From the human T2T-CHM13v2.0 reference genome, Homo sapiens, in assembly GCF_009914755.1 (NCBI RefSeq), contig NC_060938.1: a stretch of DNA of 64,000 bases. The stretch is one strand, 5' to 3'. Positions 30,104 to 43,886 of the stretch are shown one piece after another. The notes beneath the pieces were generated by a model. It did no database searches. It was not told where the DNA came from and saw only the letters and a program-made list of their open reading frames with translations. A program made the translations under genes and the position numbers. Every line of letters starts with the position of its first letter. The stretch's first letter is position 1.

Positions 30104-32487
30104 TAAACACATCTTATTTTATTGTGCTTCATTTTATTGTGCTTCACCGATATTGTGTTTTTTGCAAATGGGAGGTTTGTGGTAGCCCTTTGTCAAGCAA
30201 GTCTATTGGTGCCATTTTTCCAACAGCATGTGCTCACTTTGTGTCTCTGTGTCACATTTCAGTAATTCTTATAATATTTCAAAATTTTCATTATTATATC
30301 TATTATGGTGGTCTATGATCAGTGACTTTTGATATCACTGTTATAATTATTTTGTGGTACCACAAACTGCATCATATAAGATGGTGAATATAATAAATGT
30401 TGCATGTGTTCTGACTGCTTCACTCACTAGCCATTCCCTTTTCTCTCTCCCTCTCCTTGGGCCTCCCTATTCCCTGAGACACAGTAATATTGAAATTAGG
30501 CCAATTAATAACCCTACAATGCCCTCTTAAGTGCTCAAGTGAAAGGAAGAGTCACAAGTCTTTCACTTTAAGTCAAAAGCTATAAATGGTTAAGCTTAGT
30601 GAGGAAGGCATGTTGAAAGCTGAGACAGGCTGAAAGCTGGACCTCTTGTACCAAATGGCCAAGTTGTGAATGCAAAGAAAGTGTTCTTGAAGGAAATTAA
30701 AAGTGCTACTCCAGTGAGTATACAAATGATACGAAAGTGAAACAGCCTATTGCTGATATGGAGAAAGCTTTAGTAGTCTCCATAGAAGATCAAATCAACC
30801 GCAACATTCCCTTAAGCTAAATCCTAATGGAGAGCAAGGCCTTAACTCTCTTCAATTCTATGAAGGCTGACAGAGGTGAGGAAGCTACAGAAGAAAAATT
30901 GGAAGCTGGCCAGAGGTTGGTTCATGAGGTTTAAGGAAAAAGCCATTTCCATAACATAAAAGTATAACATGAAGCAGCAAGTGCTGATGGAGAAGGTGCC
31001 GCAAGTTGTCCAGAAGATCTAGCTGAGATCATTGATGAAGGCAGCTACACTAAACAACAGATTTTCCATGCAAATGAAACAGTTTTATATTGGGAGAAGT
31101 TGGCATCTAAGACTTTCGTAGCTGGAGAGGAGAAGTCAATGCCTGGCTTCAAAGCTTAAGGGACAGGCTGACTCTCATCTGCTAATACAGATGGTGATTT
31201 TAAGTTGAAGCTAATGCTCATTTAACATCCTGAAAATCCTAGGGCCTTTAAGAATTATGCTCAATCCACTCTGCCCGTGTTCTCTAAATGGAACAACAAG
31301 GCCTAGATGACAGTACATCTGTTTAGACATGGTTCACTGAATATTTTAAGCCCACTGTTGAGAACTTCTGTTCAGCAAAATGATTTGATTCAAAGTAATA
31401 CTGCTCATTGATAATGCACCTGGTCACCCAAGAGCTCTGATGGAAATGTACAGGAAATCAATGTTATTTTCACGCCTGTTAACACGATATCCATTCTGCA
31501 GCCCATGGAACCAGGAGTAATTTCAACTTTCAAATCATATTATTTAAGAAATATATTTCATAAGGCTGCCATAGATAGTGATTCCCTTGATGGATCTGGG
31601 CAAAGTAAATTAAAAGCCTTCTGGAAAGGATTCATCCCTCTAGATGTCATTAACATTTGTGATTCATGGGAGGAGGTCAAAATATCAACTTTAACAGGAG
31701 TTTGGAAGAAATTGATTCAAACTCTCATGGATGACTTTGAGGAGTTCAAGACTTCAGTGGAAGAAGTCACTGCAGATATGGTAGAAATAGCAAGAGAACG
31801 CAAATGAGAAGTGGAGCCTACAGATCTGACTGAATTGTTACAACCTCATGATAAAACTTGAACAGATGAGGAATTACTTCTTATGGATGAGCAAAGAAGG
31901 TAGTTTCTTGAAATGAAAAGTACTCCTGATGAAGATGCTGTGAACATTGTTGAAATGACAACAAAGGATTTAGAATTATACATACACTTAGTTGATAATG
32001 CAGTGGCAAAGTTTGAGAGAATTGACTCCAATTTTGAAAGTTTTACTGTGTGTAAAATGCATCAAACAGCATCACATGCTACAGAGAAGTCTTTTGTGAA
32101 GAGTCAGTCAACGTGGCAAATCTTTTTGTCTTATTTTAAGAAATTGCCAGAAATACCCCAACTTTCAGTTAACTACTTCTCTGATCAGTCAGCAGCCATC
32201 AGCATTGAGGCAAGACTCTCCCTCCACCAGCAAAAAGAGGACAACCTGCTTAGTCTCAGGTGATTGTTAGCAATTTTTTTTTTTTAGCAATAAAGTACTT
32301 TTAAGGTCCGTACATTGTTTTTTTAGACATAGTGCTATTGCACACTTAATAAACACTACAACCTAATATAAATAATACTTTTTTATGTACTGGGAAACCA
32401 AAAAATTCATGTGACATGCTTTATTGAGATATTTGCTTTATTGTGGTGGTGTGGAACTAAACCTGCAATATCTCTGAGGTATGACTG
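30104..32487 (+). mobile_element. Tigger1 DNA transposon, near full length, transposase disrupted
   Basis: Termini match Tigger1 (..TTTTATTGTGCTTC.. and ..CAATATCTCTGAGGTATGACTG); TA flanks at 30102-30103 and 32488-32489; pogo DDE remnants ([30 protein letters not shown]) with stops and frameshifts. Confidence 0.93.
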
Positions 32488-33825
32488 TACTAGAGATAAG
32501 TAATTTACACACCACCATTACAGAATCAGAGTATTTTGAATTTGACTATGTACTTATTTTGACCAGTGAGTTTTATGTTTTCATACATTTTTATGTGAGT
32601 AATTAGTGTTCTTTCATTTCAGATTGGAGAATTCCCTTTAGCATTTATCGTAAAGCAGGTCTAGTGGTGACGACCTCCCTCAGCTTTTGTTTGTCTGGGA
32701 CAGTCTTTAGATATTTAATTTATTTATTAACTTCTTATTTTATTCATATATTGTTTTCCTAATTTTGTTTTGGCATATGTGTTTTCTGGTAGTTCATTGA
32801 ACTTTTAAAAGGATTATTCTGAATTCTTTGCTTGTCAATGTATAGATCTCTGTTTCTTTAGCGCTGACTCTTGGAACTTTGTTAGCTTCCTTTGGTGATG
32901 TCACACTCCCCTGATTCTTCATGATCTTTTTATCCTTGCATTGGTGTCTGTGCATTTGAGGAAGCAGTCCCTTCTTTCAGCCTTTACAGGTTTGCTTTGG
33001 TAGGGAAATACCTTCACCAGTTAGCCCCGCCTGGGGTTGTGGAACAGCCAGCTGATAGTGTCTGTGGGCCAGTGGGGCTTGCTCCTTGGGTCTCTGTTGG
33101 GTGTGGCTGCTGCCCATGCCCAAGGTAGGGTGAGGCTGCTGACTGGGCTCCCTGGTTGTATGGGGCTGCTGGCTGTGCTCTGTACTTAATCAGGGTTGCT
33201 GCTAGGCTCCTAGATTGACATGGCTGCAGTCTGGGCCTTGCAGTTAGGTGGGCTGTAGGCTGGGCTCCCTGGTCAGGCAGAGCTGCAGGCTGTGCTTTGC
33301 AGTTGGGTGTAGGCTGGCTGGGCTCTCTTGTTGGACAATGCTAATGGCAGGGACTTGGTGCCACCGTCAAGATCCTGACACTGGATGCTGTAAGTCCCAC
33401 TCTCTCTCTTTATTTCTACCTAACTTTAGGTGGTCCAGCCCTGCCAATTCCCTTAGCATTCCCTGTGAGGTGGGATGGCAGTGGATCTCCTAGACTCCCT
33501 GGGCCCAGAATACTGGGAAAGCTGGATGTCTGCCTCAGGCTTTCTTTTCCCCACTGGAGAAACTGTAGGTCTAAAGAACTCTACTTGGTGTGGTGCTGTG
33601 TGGCCTCAGGGAGGGGTGACATAGTCAAAGCGAAGTTGACCTTTTCCTTCTAAGGTAGTTTTTCTGCATTTTTGAGCTCCACAGTGGATGCTTCAGCCAC
33701 TTCATCCCTGGGTTCAGGGATTTTCACAAAGGCATTCATGTCTGTGAAGAGTTGCTAGTCAGTATTTTTGTGAGGTGGATTAGAGCCAGGAACTTCCTAT
33801 TCCGCCATCTTGTTGATGTCCTCCA

Positions 33826-33909
33826 CCTTGAAATTCTGAATCATTTTTCAATGAGGGGCCTTGCGTTTTTATTTTTCACTGAGCCTTACAAATTGTGCAG
33901 TCAGTCCTG
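33826..33909 (+). mobile_element. MER91A-like hAT element, 3' half only
   Basis: CTTGAAATTCTGAATCATTTTT...GGGGCC...TTTTCACTGAGCCTTACAAATTGTGCAGTCAGTCCTG. Confidence 0.65.
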
Positions 33910-34718
33910 TAACGGTTGAGTGGAAAAGGTGTAGAATCATTCGCTTCTAAGTGAGAATAGTGGCCATCGAACAGAAGCATCACAGCCAACCTCTTCCCAG
34001 GAGGACTAGGGGCAAGGAGGGAGTGCCTTTTGAGAGAATGCACAGTTCGAGGAGTAACAACCCTTTCCCCACTTTTCCCCTGTCTCAAGTGGTGACGGTC
34101 ATCCCACTTGTCCTCCACCCCAAGAGAAATGGCAATTCTGGAATGGTTCCCTGCCTCACTAAGTTGGGGAATGGGAATCTGTTTTTGTTCAAATGTTGCC
34201 AACACAGCTGGGTAAGCATCTGGAAAAACTGGCTATGAGAGGGTGGGCCACGATTCCTCCCACACCAGGCCTTGGGAGGCAAGACTAGTCTGCACTAGGG
34301 AAGAAGGGGCAGAGAGCAGGCAAAAATGGTGTGGGGTAGCAGGGAAGTCTTAAAATGAAAATGGGAATGGAGTTTTATGATGAACAAGAGTGTTAAGAAC
34401 CAGAATGAGAGTGTTTTGATAATCGAACAGTGAAAGCTTGAGGAATTGGGCATTTAAGTATCATTAAATGAACACACCACCCAGAGAGAAGCGGTGTTTA
34501 ACAGAGCACTTCAAAAAAGAATATGGGTTAGGGGAAGCCGGGGGAAGAAGGTAGAAGAGTGAGGAGGAGAAAGGAAGTAGGAAGTACAGGTGAAATAAGG
34601 TTGGTTATAGGTTGATGGTTGTTGAGCAGGTGGGGTACATAAGTGCACCTTGCTGTTTTCTTTCCTTTTTTATATGTGAATGGTTTATAATAAAAAGTTA
34701 AAAATTTTTGGCCCCAAA

Positions 34719-34957
<239 letters not shown>

Positions 34958-35050
34958 TTGGCCCCAAAATGCTTTAAAAACCTGCTTTGGAATTTTTGTT
35001 GTTTGAATATATTTGACCCATTTTAATTTGTCTTGTTTTTTGATTTTTAA

Positions 35051-35425
<375 letters not shown>

Positions 35426-35658
35426 TAAAATACCTGTCACTTTTTAATATATTAGCAGAGTCCTAGTCTTACCATTTTACATTTCTGAGTTTCTTGTTCT
35501 CTCTTCTTGATATTTTAAAATATTTTTAACTTTTAAATAACTTTAAACCTTAAGTGTCCTTTTCTCTCTCTTTTTCTTTCTCAGCAGCACTAACCTCCCC
35601 CACTCTCCTTTAGAGTTTTCCAAAAATTATTTAGGCTAAAAGCACTTTAAAAAACCCT

Positions 35659-36051
35659 GCCAATCTTATTGTACAGATAGCACATTTTATTTGCTAAACA
35701 TTATTATTTCTTATATCACACAACTGGTGTCTTCCTGTTTCTAAAATATGCAGTCCTACCACACCATCATTGGCAGCACATATCAGTATATAGGTATACA
35801 CTAGCGGTTTGCTGTGTCTTGGACTCAAATACTTCGCCTTATATATCTTTTTGTAAAACTCATTTTGGAATATTTTTGCCATTCTGACCATAGCCAGCTC
35901 TTAGTTACTTGTAAGAATGGAAGTGTAGAAGTGAGGTTTTTTTTTGGGTTTTGTTTTGTTTTGTTTTGTTTTGTTTTGAGACAGGGTCTTGCTCTGTCGC
36001 CCAGGCTGGGGTGCAGTGGCGCAATCACATCTTGCTGCAGCCTTGACCTCC
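35659..36051 (+). repeat. Donor arm of a long inverted repeat (partner 37777-38159)
   Basis: Its reverse complement matches 37777-38159 at ~93% by eye; both give near-identical ORF translations (MSWTQILRL...). Confidence 0.92.
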
Positions 36052-36255
36052 TGGGCTCAGGTGATCCACCTCAGCATCCCTGGTAGCTGGGACTACAGGT
36101 GTGTGTGACCAAGCTCAGTTAATTTTTGTATTTTTTGTAGAGACAGGGTTTTGCCATGTTGCCCAGTCTGGTCTCAAACTCCTGGACTCGAGCAATTCAC
36201 CTGCCTTGGCCTCCAAAGTGCTGGAATTATACGCATGAGCCACTGCGCGCCCAGC
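35940..36255 (-). mobile_element. Alu (AluJ)
   Basis: J-type GAGACAGGGTCTTGCTCTG...GCAGCCTTGACCTCCTGGGCTCA. Confidence 0.9.
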
Positions 36256-37319
36256 TTTTTTGTTTGTTTGTTTGTATGGTTACATCTAATATTTTCTTCA
36301 AGCCATTCTAAGGAGACCTGATTCCGAAGGCTCTGAAAGTTCTCCTTTTTGCATTTTTTTCCACACTGCTTGCTTCTTTGTTACATTTTGCTGTCTCTAT
36401 CCTGAAGTGGCTCTGCACTTTGAAGCAAGGATGATTATTCTGTTTTTGTTTCCATTAAGGGTCATAGAAGTCTAAAACTTCAACCAAACGAATAATTAGG
36501 TGCAAAGTATAGGTAAAGTAAATGAAATTTCTTTTAGACCCTGGCTTTACAGGGGGCTAACTGGGTTCTTTATAAAATTGCTGAAGTCTATCATGGTAGA
36601 CCTTTTAAAATATTTAAATCAGTCTCCTACAAAAAATTAAATACTGTGCACATATGCATATGTGTAAGTGATTTATTCCCAGGATTATGTCAGTATACTA
36701 ATAGTGGTTCAGTTTCTCGAGGAAAAAGTCATATTAACCAAACTGTTGATGGTTGTATAGATAGAATATTTAATAATCTGCATTAAGAAATCTAAGAGAT
36801 GGGGAACACTCTTCGTGTAGAAGTATCTTGAAAGGTTTAAAGTCAGAAACTTGGAATTCGGTCAAGGAGGGCTCATAATTCTGTATAAGAGTGCCAGGGA
36901 GTCTGAAGAATGTGCAACCATAATAAAGAAATTTTTCTTTTAGGACTGGTCAAGTCCCTGAGTGGGCCATCCTTTTCCTTGGTCAAATGTGTGGATAAGC
37001 ATTCATTTTTCTGTGTTCCAACCTAACCATTCTTCCTTCTGACCAACAGTTTCTTTCTTTAGGGATGTTATACCATTGATTTGCTCATAGTTATACTCCT
37101 ACTTCTTCCTATTTCTGGCCCAGACATTCTTTTTTTTTTTTTTTTTTGAAGGTCTCACTGTGTCCTCCAGGCTGGAGTGCAGTGGCATGATGACAGCTCA
37201 AAGCAGCCTCAACCTCCCAGGCTCAAGTGATCCTCCTACCTCAGCCTCCTGAGTTCCTGAGTAGCTGGGACTGCAGGCAAGCACTACCATACCCCGCTAA
37301 TTTTTTAAAAAAGTTTTTT

Positions 37320-37616
37320 GCCAGGCGCAGTGGCTCACGCCTGTAATCCCAGCACTTTGGGAGTCCAAGGTGGGCGGATCACGAGGTCAGGAGTTCGAGA
37401 CCAGCCTGACCAACATGATGAAACCCCATCTCTACTAAAAATACAAAAATTAGCCAGGTGTGGTGGTGCGCACCTGTAATCTCAGCTACTCAGGAGGCAG
37501 AGGCAGGAGAATCACTTGAACCTGGGAGGCGGAGGTTGCAGAGAGCTGAGATTGCTCCACTGCACTCCAGCCTGGGCAAAGGAGTGAGACTCCGTCTCAA
37601 AAAAAAAAAAAAAAAA
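37320..37616 (+). mobile_element. Alu (AluS) inserted in opposite orientation into the AluJ linker
   Basis: GCCAGGCGCAGTGGCTCACG start and poly-A tail; upstream TT|AAAAAAGTTTTTT target. Confidence 0.95.
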
Positions 37617-37729
37617 GTGCTGGGATTATAGGTATGAGTCACTGTGCCCAGCCTCTTCTCATTCTTGTACCCATGGTAGAACTGGCTTTCTCTCATCTTA
37701 CCACCAGTTGCTTGGTTCCTCAATATTTT
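37616..37729 (+). repeat. Direct copy of 39497-39610
   Basis: AGTGCTGGGATTATAGG...CCTCTTCTCATTCTTGTACCCAT...GCTTGGTTCCT(C/G)AATATTTT is present at both sites and includes non-Alu flank. Confidence 0.92.
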
Positions 37730-37776
37730 GTAGAGATGGGGTTTTTCTATGTTGCTCAGGATTGTGTTGAACTCCT

Positions 37777-38159
37777 GGAGATTAAGGCTGCAGCAAGATG
37801 TGATTGTGCCACTGCACCCCAGCCTGGGCGACAGAGCAAGACCCTGTCTCAAAAACAAACAAACAAAACAAAACTGAAAAATCCTTACTTCTACACTTCT
37901 ATTCTTACAAGTAACTAAGAGCTGGCTATGGTCAGAATGGCAAAAATATTCCAAAATGAGTTTTACAAAAAGAGATATAAGGCGAAGTATTTGAGTCCAA
38001 GACAAGGCAAACCACTAGTGTACAACTGTATACTGATATGCGCTGCCAATGGTGTGTGGTAGAACTGCATATTTTAGAAACAGGAAGACACCAGTTGTGT
38101 GATATAAGAAATAACAATATTTAACAAATAAAATTTGCTATCTGTACAATAAGATTGGC
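37777..38159 (-). repeat. Inverted copy of 35659-36051
   Basis: Read directly; inserted within the AluJ arm. Confidence 0.92.
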
Positions 38160-39175
38160 CTACACATCTTGATCTCTCAAAGTGCTGGGATTATAAGCAT
38201 GAGCCATCATGCCTGGCCCCAGGAAATGTTTTGTCTCAGTGATACTTATTGCATATATCTGATTCTTAGGTACTGATTTTTAGCTAATTCTCAAGAATCT
38301 TAACTATCACTTTAAGTATTGCCTACAATGAAACAAGTATGATACTATGCTTTGCAACAATATATAAAGTAACATATTTTATTTGATGCTAATAAATATG
38401 CTAAATAGAAAACTATGTAAAATTACATATATATGAAATTATATATATAAACATTTCTTTGCTCAGTGAGATAAATACTTTTAAACTTTCTTGATTTGGA
38501 TGTCTTGAGGTCTGTTTTTGACAAATTCAGTTAAGAAAAAGATCCTGGAAACCACTTGTTGAGAGCATTAACAAATGATTGTACGCTTGACTAATGTGCA
38601 AATAATACTCGATGTATAGGTTGTAACACTCTGCATTGTGATTTAGGCTCTGGCACAGTTATGAAATCATTTAACAACCACTGATTATTTCACCACTTAA
38701 AATAGCAAGGTAACTCACTGACAATTAATGAGTGGATGTTTTCTAATTATGTAATAAAAAAAAGTACCGTTTGTATTTTAGAAATTGATAGTAAGGAAGT
38801 TTAAGGTGATAAAAATTGTATTAAATTACAACTGGGATCACAACTCTGCTTAGCACAGACTCATCGCATGCGGCAAAAGATACCAGGGCCCTCTCCGTAG
38901 AGTGTCGTACACCTCAGCTAAGCAGACATTATTTGCAACTGAATTATAATCAGGTCTAAAGTATAGTATCTTAAAATTTAAATGCCCTGCTATCTACACT
39001 TATTTTAATTAGTGAAAAAATTATTGCAAAGCACAGATTAAAGCCTGTATGTCTGAGATGGTCAATGAAGATTTGTTGATGGATTAGACAGATCATTGCA
39101 CTTCATTTGTTCAATGTCAAGCATTAAAGAGGGCTCACATCCTTAGACACTAGCACATCTTGCTAAAAAGTCTGA

Positions 39176-39622
<447 letters not shown>

Positions 39623-40348
39623 TAGCTGGAATCCCCCAACAGGAGCCCCACTCTCCCATGCCTAGGAATACGTACTCCAAAAATATTGAAACTTGTGTCC
39701 AGAGATGTGTCTGCTAGGACATTCAACAACCTAAATGTTCATCAAAAGGAAAATCATTAAATGAATGTATAGCCATGTACATCCATATAGATATTATTTG
39801 CATGATTATATTTATAAACCTTATATATATACATATCAATTGTGTATCTGGTACTAGAATGTTTTCAAAACATTTACACACTAAATTCTGAGCAATGGCT
39901 GTCCAAGAAAGTGGAGGAGGAGTTAGTTGAAGGATTGTGGCAGAATAGGTAAACTTTTACTTTTTATACTGTGTACTTCTGTATTTTTTGAAAAATGGCC
40001 AAATGAGCATCAAAAGATTGAATGATATACATAGGTTTCCTCTAGCTAATATTTTATCTAGATTTCATTTTTCTATGAATCAGAGATCTTTCCCATTTCT
40101 CTTTGCTTGTTCTGATGATAGATGATTCCATCTTGTGATTTCTCTGTCAATTTGTAAATTAATATGACTTTCTGAGTAAATAGTTTGGATGACATTTCTT
40201 TCTTGATATCAGCATTTCTGAAAGAGTGTAGACCACTAAAAACATAGTATGAGTTATTTGTCCTGCATTCCCTTGAGACATAATGTTGAGCTTGAAAGTA
40301 GGTTTAGTTTTTTGAATACACAGTTCTTGGTTTAATAGTTAAGTGTCA

Positions 40349-40639
40349 GGCCAGGTATGGTGTCTCATGCCTGTAATCCCAGTACTTTGGGAGGCAGAGG
40401 CAGGTAGATCACCTGAGGTCAGGAGTTTGAGACCACCCTGGCTAACATGGTGAAACCCCATCTCTACTAAACATACAAAAAAAAAAATTACCCGGGTGTG
40501 GTGGTGCATGCCTCTAGTCCCAGCTACTCAGGAGGCTGAGGCAGAATAACTGCTCGAACCTGGGAGATGGAGTTGTAGTGAGCCGCGATTGCACAACTAT
40601 ACTCCAGCCTGGGTGACAGAGCGAGACTCCATCTCAAAA
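40349..40639 (+). mobile_element. Alu (AluS)
   Basis: Full dimer, poly-A, TSD AGTTAA(G/A)TGTC. Confidence 0.95.
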
Positions 40640-43387
40640 AAAAAAAAAAAAAAAAAAAAGTTAAATGTCTGCAGAATGCTAGATACACAATCATATGTAG
40701 AATAGCATGTTGTGCATTCATTATTTCTACAATATGAACCAAAAAAATGCAAAAATGCGTACAGAATGAGGAACGAAAGAACAAGCAAGTGTATTTTATT
40801 TATTATGATAATCCTCCTCAAGTCCCCTCTTTGCGCTTTTGATCTAGGTGAAAGCAAGCTGGGAACCTAATTAAACCAGCGCTAGAGACGCCAGGAGATA
40901 CAATGCACAAAAAACCCCGATTCTGATCAACCAGATTTTGAAGTTGAGGCTAATTAAGGCAATATACAAATAATCCCTGCAAGCAGTGACATTTAAAAAT
41001 GCATGTTCGGTATTCTGAAGCAGTTATGTAAATTATCAAGAATAAGACTCCAGAGGAAACGTAAAAATGCAGGCTGAACTTTTAATACCTTTTGGTTAAT
41101 GTTTTTATTAGACTTAATGTTTGCTGGGGGACCGTGTGTTTGGAGGTAATCTGACAACAAAAATGTAGCCCATGACATGAGGAGCCATGGAGGAGGGAAG
41201 CCACCAAGAGGGAGACCTGTAGTTAAGGGTCGATAATAACCATAAAAGTAAGAAAACTAATGACATTCTCTCTGGTTCTGTGGCAGTTTTGAGCCTGCCT
41301 GCAAGGTAAGAAGCAGAACCAAGATGCTGAGGTGTGGCCTTAGTGCTTATGAGGTTTACACCTTGGATAGAGTCTTAGAATGGGGATGACAAAAATTTTA
41401 ACTGTGAAATTGTATCATATAAGTTACAAGTCGCATGGACTTTCAAAGAATTCTAGTTCAGAGATTTCTGTAGGACGAGTAGGTAATGTGGCAATTTCTG
41501 TTTTTACATATCTGGGAAAACAAATGCAGAATATTTAATATTTCTAAGATCATGCAGCTGGCCAGTGGCAAAATGGGGAACTGACCCCTGGGGTTCTCAT
41601 TCTCCCTTCTATAAGATATCTGCAAATTCTGGGGGCAGTAACTTCTGGCACAGTTGCCTCTAGAAGCAATTCTATTAACACAGGATGTAATATCATCATG
41701 AATTTCTCCCTGCTCCCCTCCCAATTATGCTTCCCCATTCCTTCCATCTTTTTCTCCTATACCATTGGCATTGGCCAACCCTTTCTTAAGACCTTCTAAC
41801 TTTTCTCCCCTCCATGGCATTTCATCTTTGTATATATGTTCAGAGATCATCCTAGACATTGTGAATTCTCTTGTATACTGTCAGTTCTATTCTGGTTGGG
41901 TGCTTCTTTTTCTCTTGGTAGGAGAGAAGAGGAGAAATTGTGCTGATCTATTTTATGTAGCTCAGAAATGAATTTCTAGAGCCTCAGAGACTTATTAGAA
42001 CTGGAAATGTGCTCCACATTTTGCCTATCAACAAAGCCTAATCAAGAATACATTCTTTGCCAGCAACATTCAAAACGGAGATGATTCCAAGCTGTGGCTT
42101 GGAAATAAACTCCTTTTATTGCATTTCAATTTATAGTGTTCTTTGCTTTCATTTTGCATAAATATTCAGGGAATTTTCCCATGTCGAAGAACCTGATATA
42201 CAAATTAAGATATTTCAAGTAATGTCATTTATGATCTGTGGAGAGATCATTTTGGGTTGATATGCGATACTATTCTGAGTTTCAGACAACCATCTATGTA
42301 CTTAGAATGTGCTCCTACATACACTTCTCACAGGAAGACTAATTGTCTTGGGATTAACAACATAATTTAATGGGACTGGTGTATTATTCAGACCTCAATT
42401 TGCAAACCTGTGGGTGTTCTTTTGTTTTTGTTCTCCTTTTCTTTTTTTTTTTTTTTTTTAGCTTTTCTTTGATTTTCCTCCCCACAAGCTCTCTCACGGG
42501 ACACAGCTTGCAGAGCTGCTCAAAATTAATTTAAGACCCCAAGACAAATCACCAGTTCTTTGATTGATTTGTAGTAGCAGAATCAGGTAACATTTAAGAG
42601 CAGGATAAACAATATGTGAAGTATTCATGGAGATGGAACTGTTGCTCAGGTTGAACAATTCAAAAGTTTGGAAACTGCTATTTGCAAATTCATCTTGTGG
42701 ATCTTCTTGTTGGAATGCTGCTTCTAACTAAAAACAAGGAAGAAAAAAAATCAAGTGGAATAAATGTTTAAGTTCCCAGAACCAGAAAAAATAAAACAAA
42801 TCTCAAATACTCACATTAAATTAACCCTGGATTTATCTTGCTAACATGGCAAGTCATTATATACTTAACACAATTGAGATACACGATTTTGATGAGCGGA
42901 CCATTTCTTGAAACAATATTTTCACAGTACGTGAAATATAAGAGCTTGGGATAACACCAAATTAACCCTGAGGGAGACAGTCATTGACATGTTCATGATT
43001 TTATATGGGAAGCTGAGGAGAGTAAAGCTGAAAAATCCGATAGATAGACAAGTCTCAAGCTGTGAATACATGTGTTTTCAAAGTCCATTTAAAATTGGTA
43101 GTCTCTAACTTTTCAGCACATTTTCCTACAATGATAATAGTGAATTCTCAATAATGTTAGCTATGGGCTAGGCCCTTTCTAAGTGCTTATGTGAATTGTC
43201 TCATTTAATTCGTTCAAAAATCCTGTGACTTAGATTATAGTTAACCTAATTTTGCAGAAGAATCTGAGGCTCAGAGAGATTAAATTGTTCAAGGTGACAC
43301 AGCTGGATTCCGGGCAGTTTGACTCTAGAACCTGTATTACTACCCACTTTGTACATAGAGTTGATGGTATTAATCATAATTAGATTC

Positions 43388-43886
43388 TGTTCTGATTATC
43401 TGTTATTGTATAACAATCTACCCTCTTCCGCCTGCCAAATTTTTTTTTGCTCACAATTTTATGGGTCAGGAATTTAGAAAGGGCACATCCGGGCAGTTTA
43501 CATTTGTCCTACCTGGTGTCAGCTGTAGACTGAGGCTGGGGGATTCACTTCCAACAGGGCTCACATGGCTGGCAACTTGGTGTTGGCTGTCAGCTGGGAA
43601 CCGGATGGAGGCTGTTGGCCACGGTCCTTGGTTCTTCTCGACAAGGGGCTTTCTGTGGGCCTGCTTAGGCTTCCTCACAGGATGGTGGCTGGATTCCATG
43701 AGTGAGTGTTCCAAGAGATATAAAGTCGAAGCTGCCAATTTCTTATGGTCTGGGCCTGGAAAACTAGTACAGTGTTATTTCTGTTTGTCAAAATTGTGAT
43801 AGAGGCCATTTAGATCCAAGGAGAGGTGGTCTGCTTCTCAGTGGAAAGAGTGGCAAAGAATTTGCAGTCATCCTTAATCTACCACA
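43388..43886 (-). mobile_element. Old MaLR solo LTR (MLT1 family)
   Basis: TTGCTCACAATTTTATGGGTCAGGAATTT...GGCTTCCTCACAGGATGGTGGCTGG...TAATCTACCACA. Confidence 0.75.

Larger units (their letters stand above)
37128..38220 (-). mobile_element. AluJ host split into three pieces (37128-37319, ~37724-37778, ~38160-38220)
   Basis: The pieces are collinear parts of one antisense AluJ once the three insertions are removed. Confidence 0.85.

Noticed and set aside
31505-32263. Transposase ORFs as a domesticated TIGD-like gene
   Set aside because: Fragments of a Tigger1 copy with multiple stops and frameshifts.
35772-35783. GGCAGCACATAT match to the U6 snRNA 5' region
   Set aside because: Only 12 nt, does not extend, and differs in the duplicated copy.
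37490-38005. Longest ORF (171 aa) and its apparent paralogue at 35814-36086
   Set aside because: Chance frames through the inverted duplication and antisense Alu sequence.
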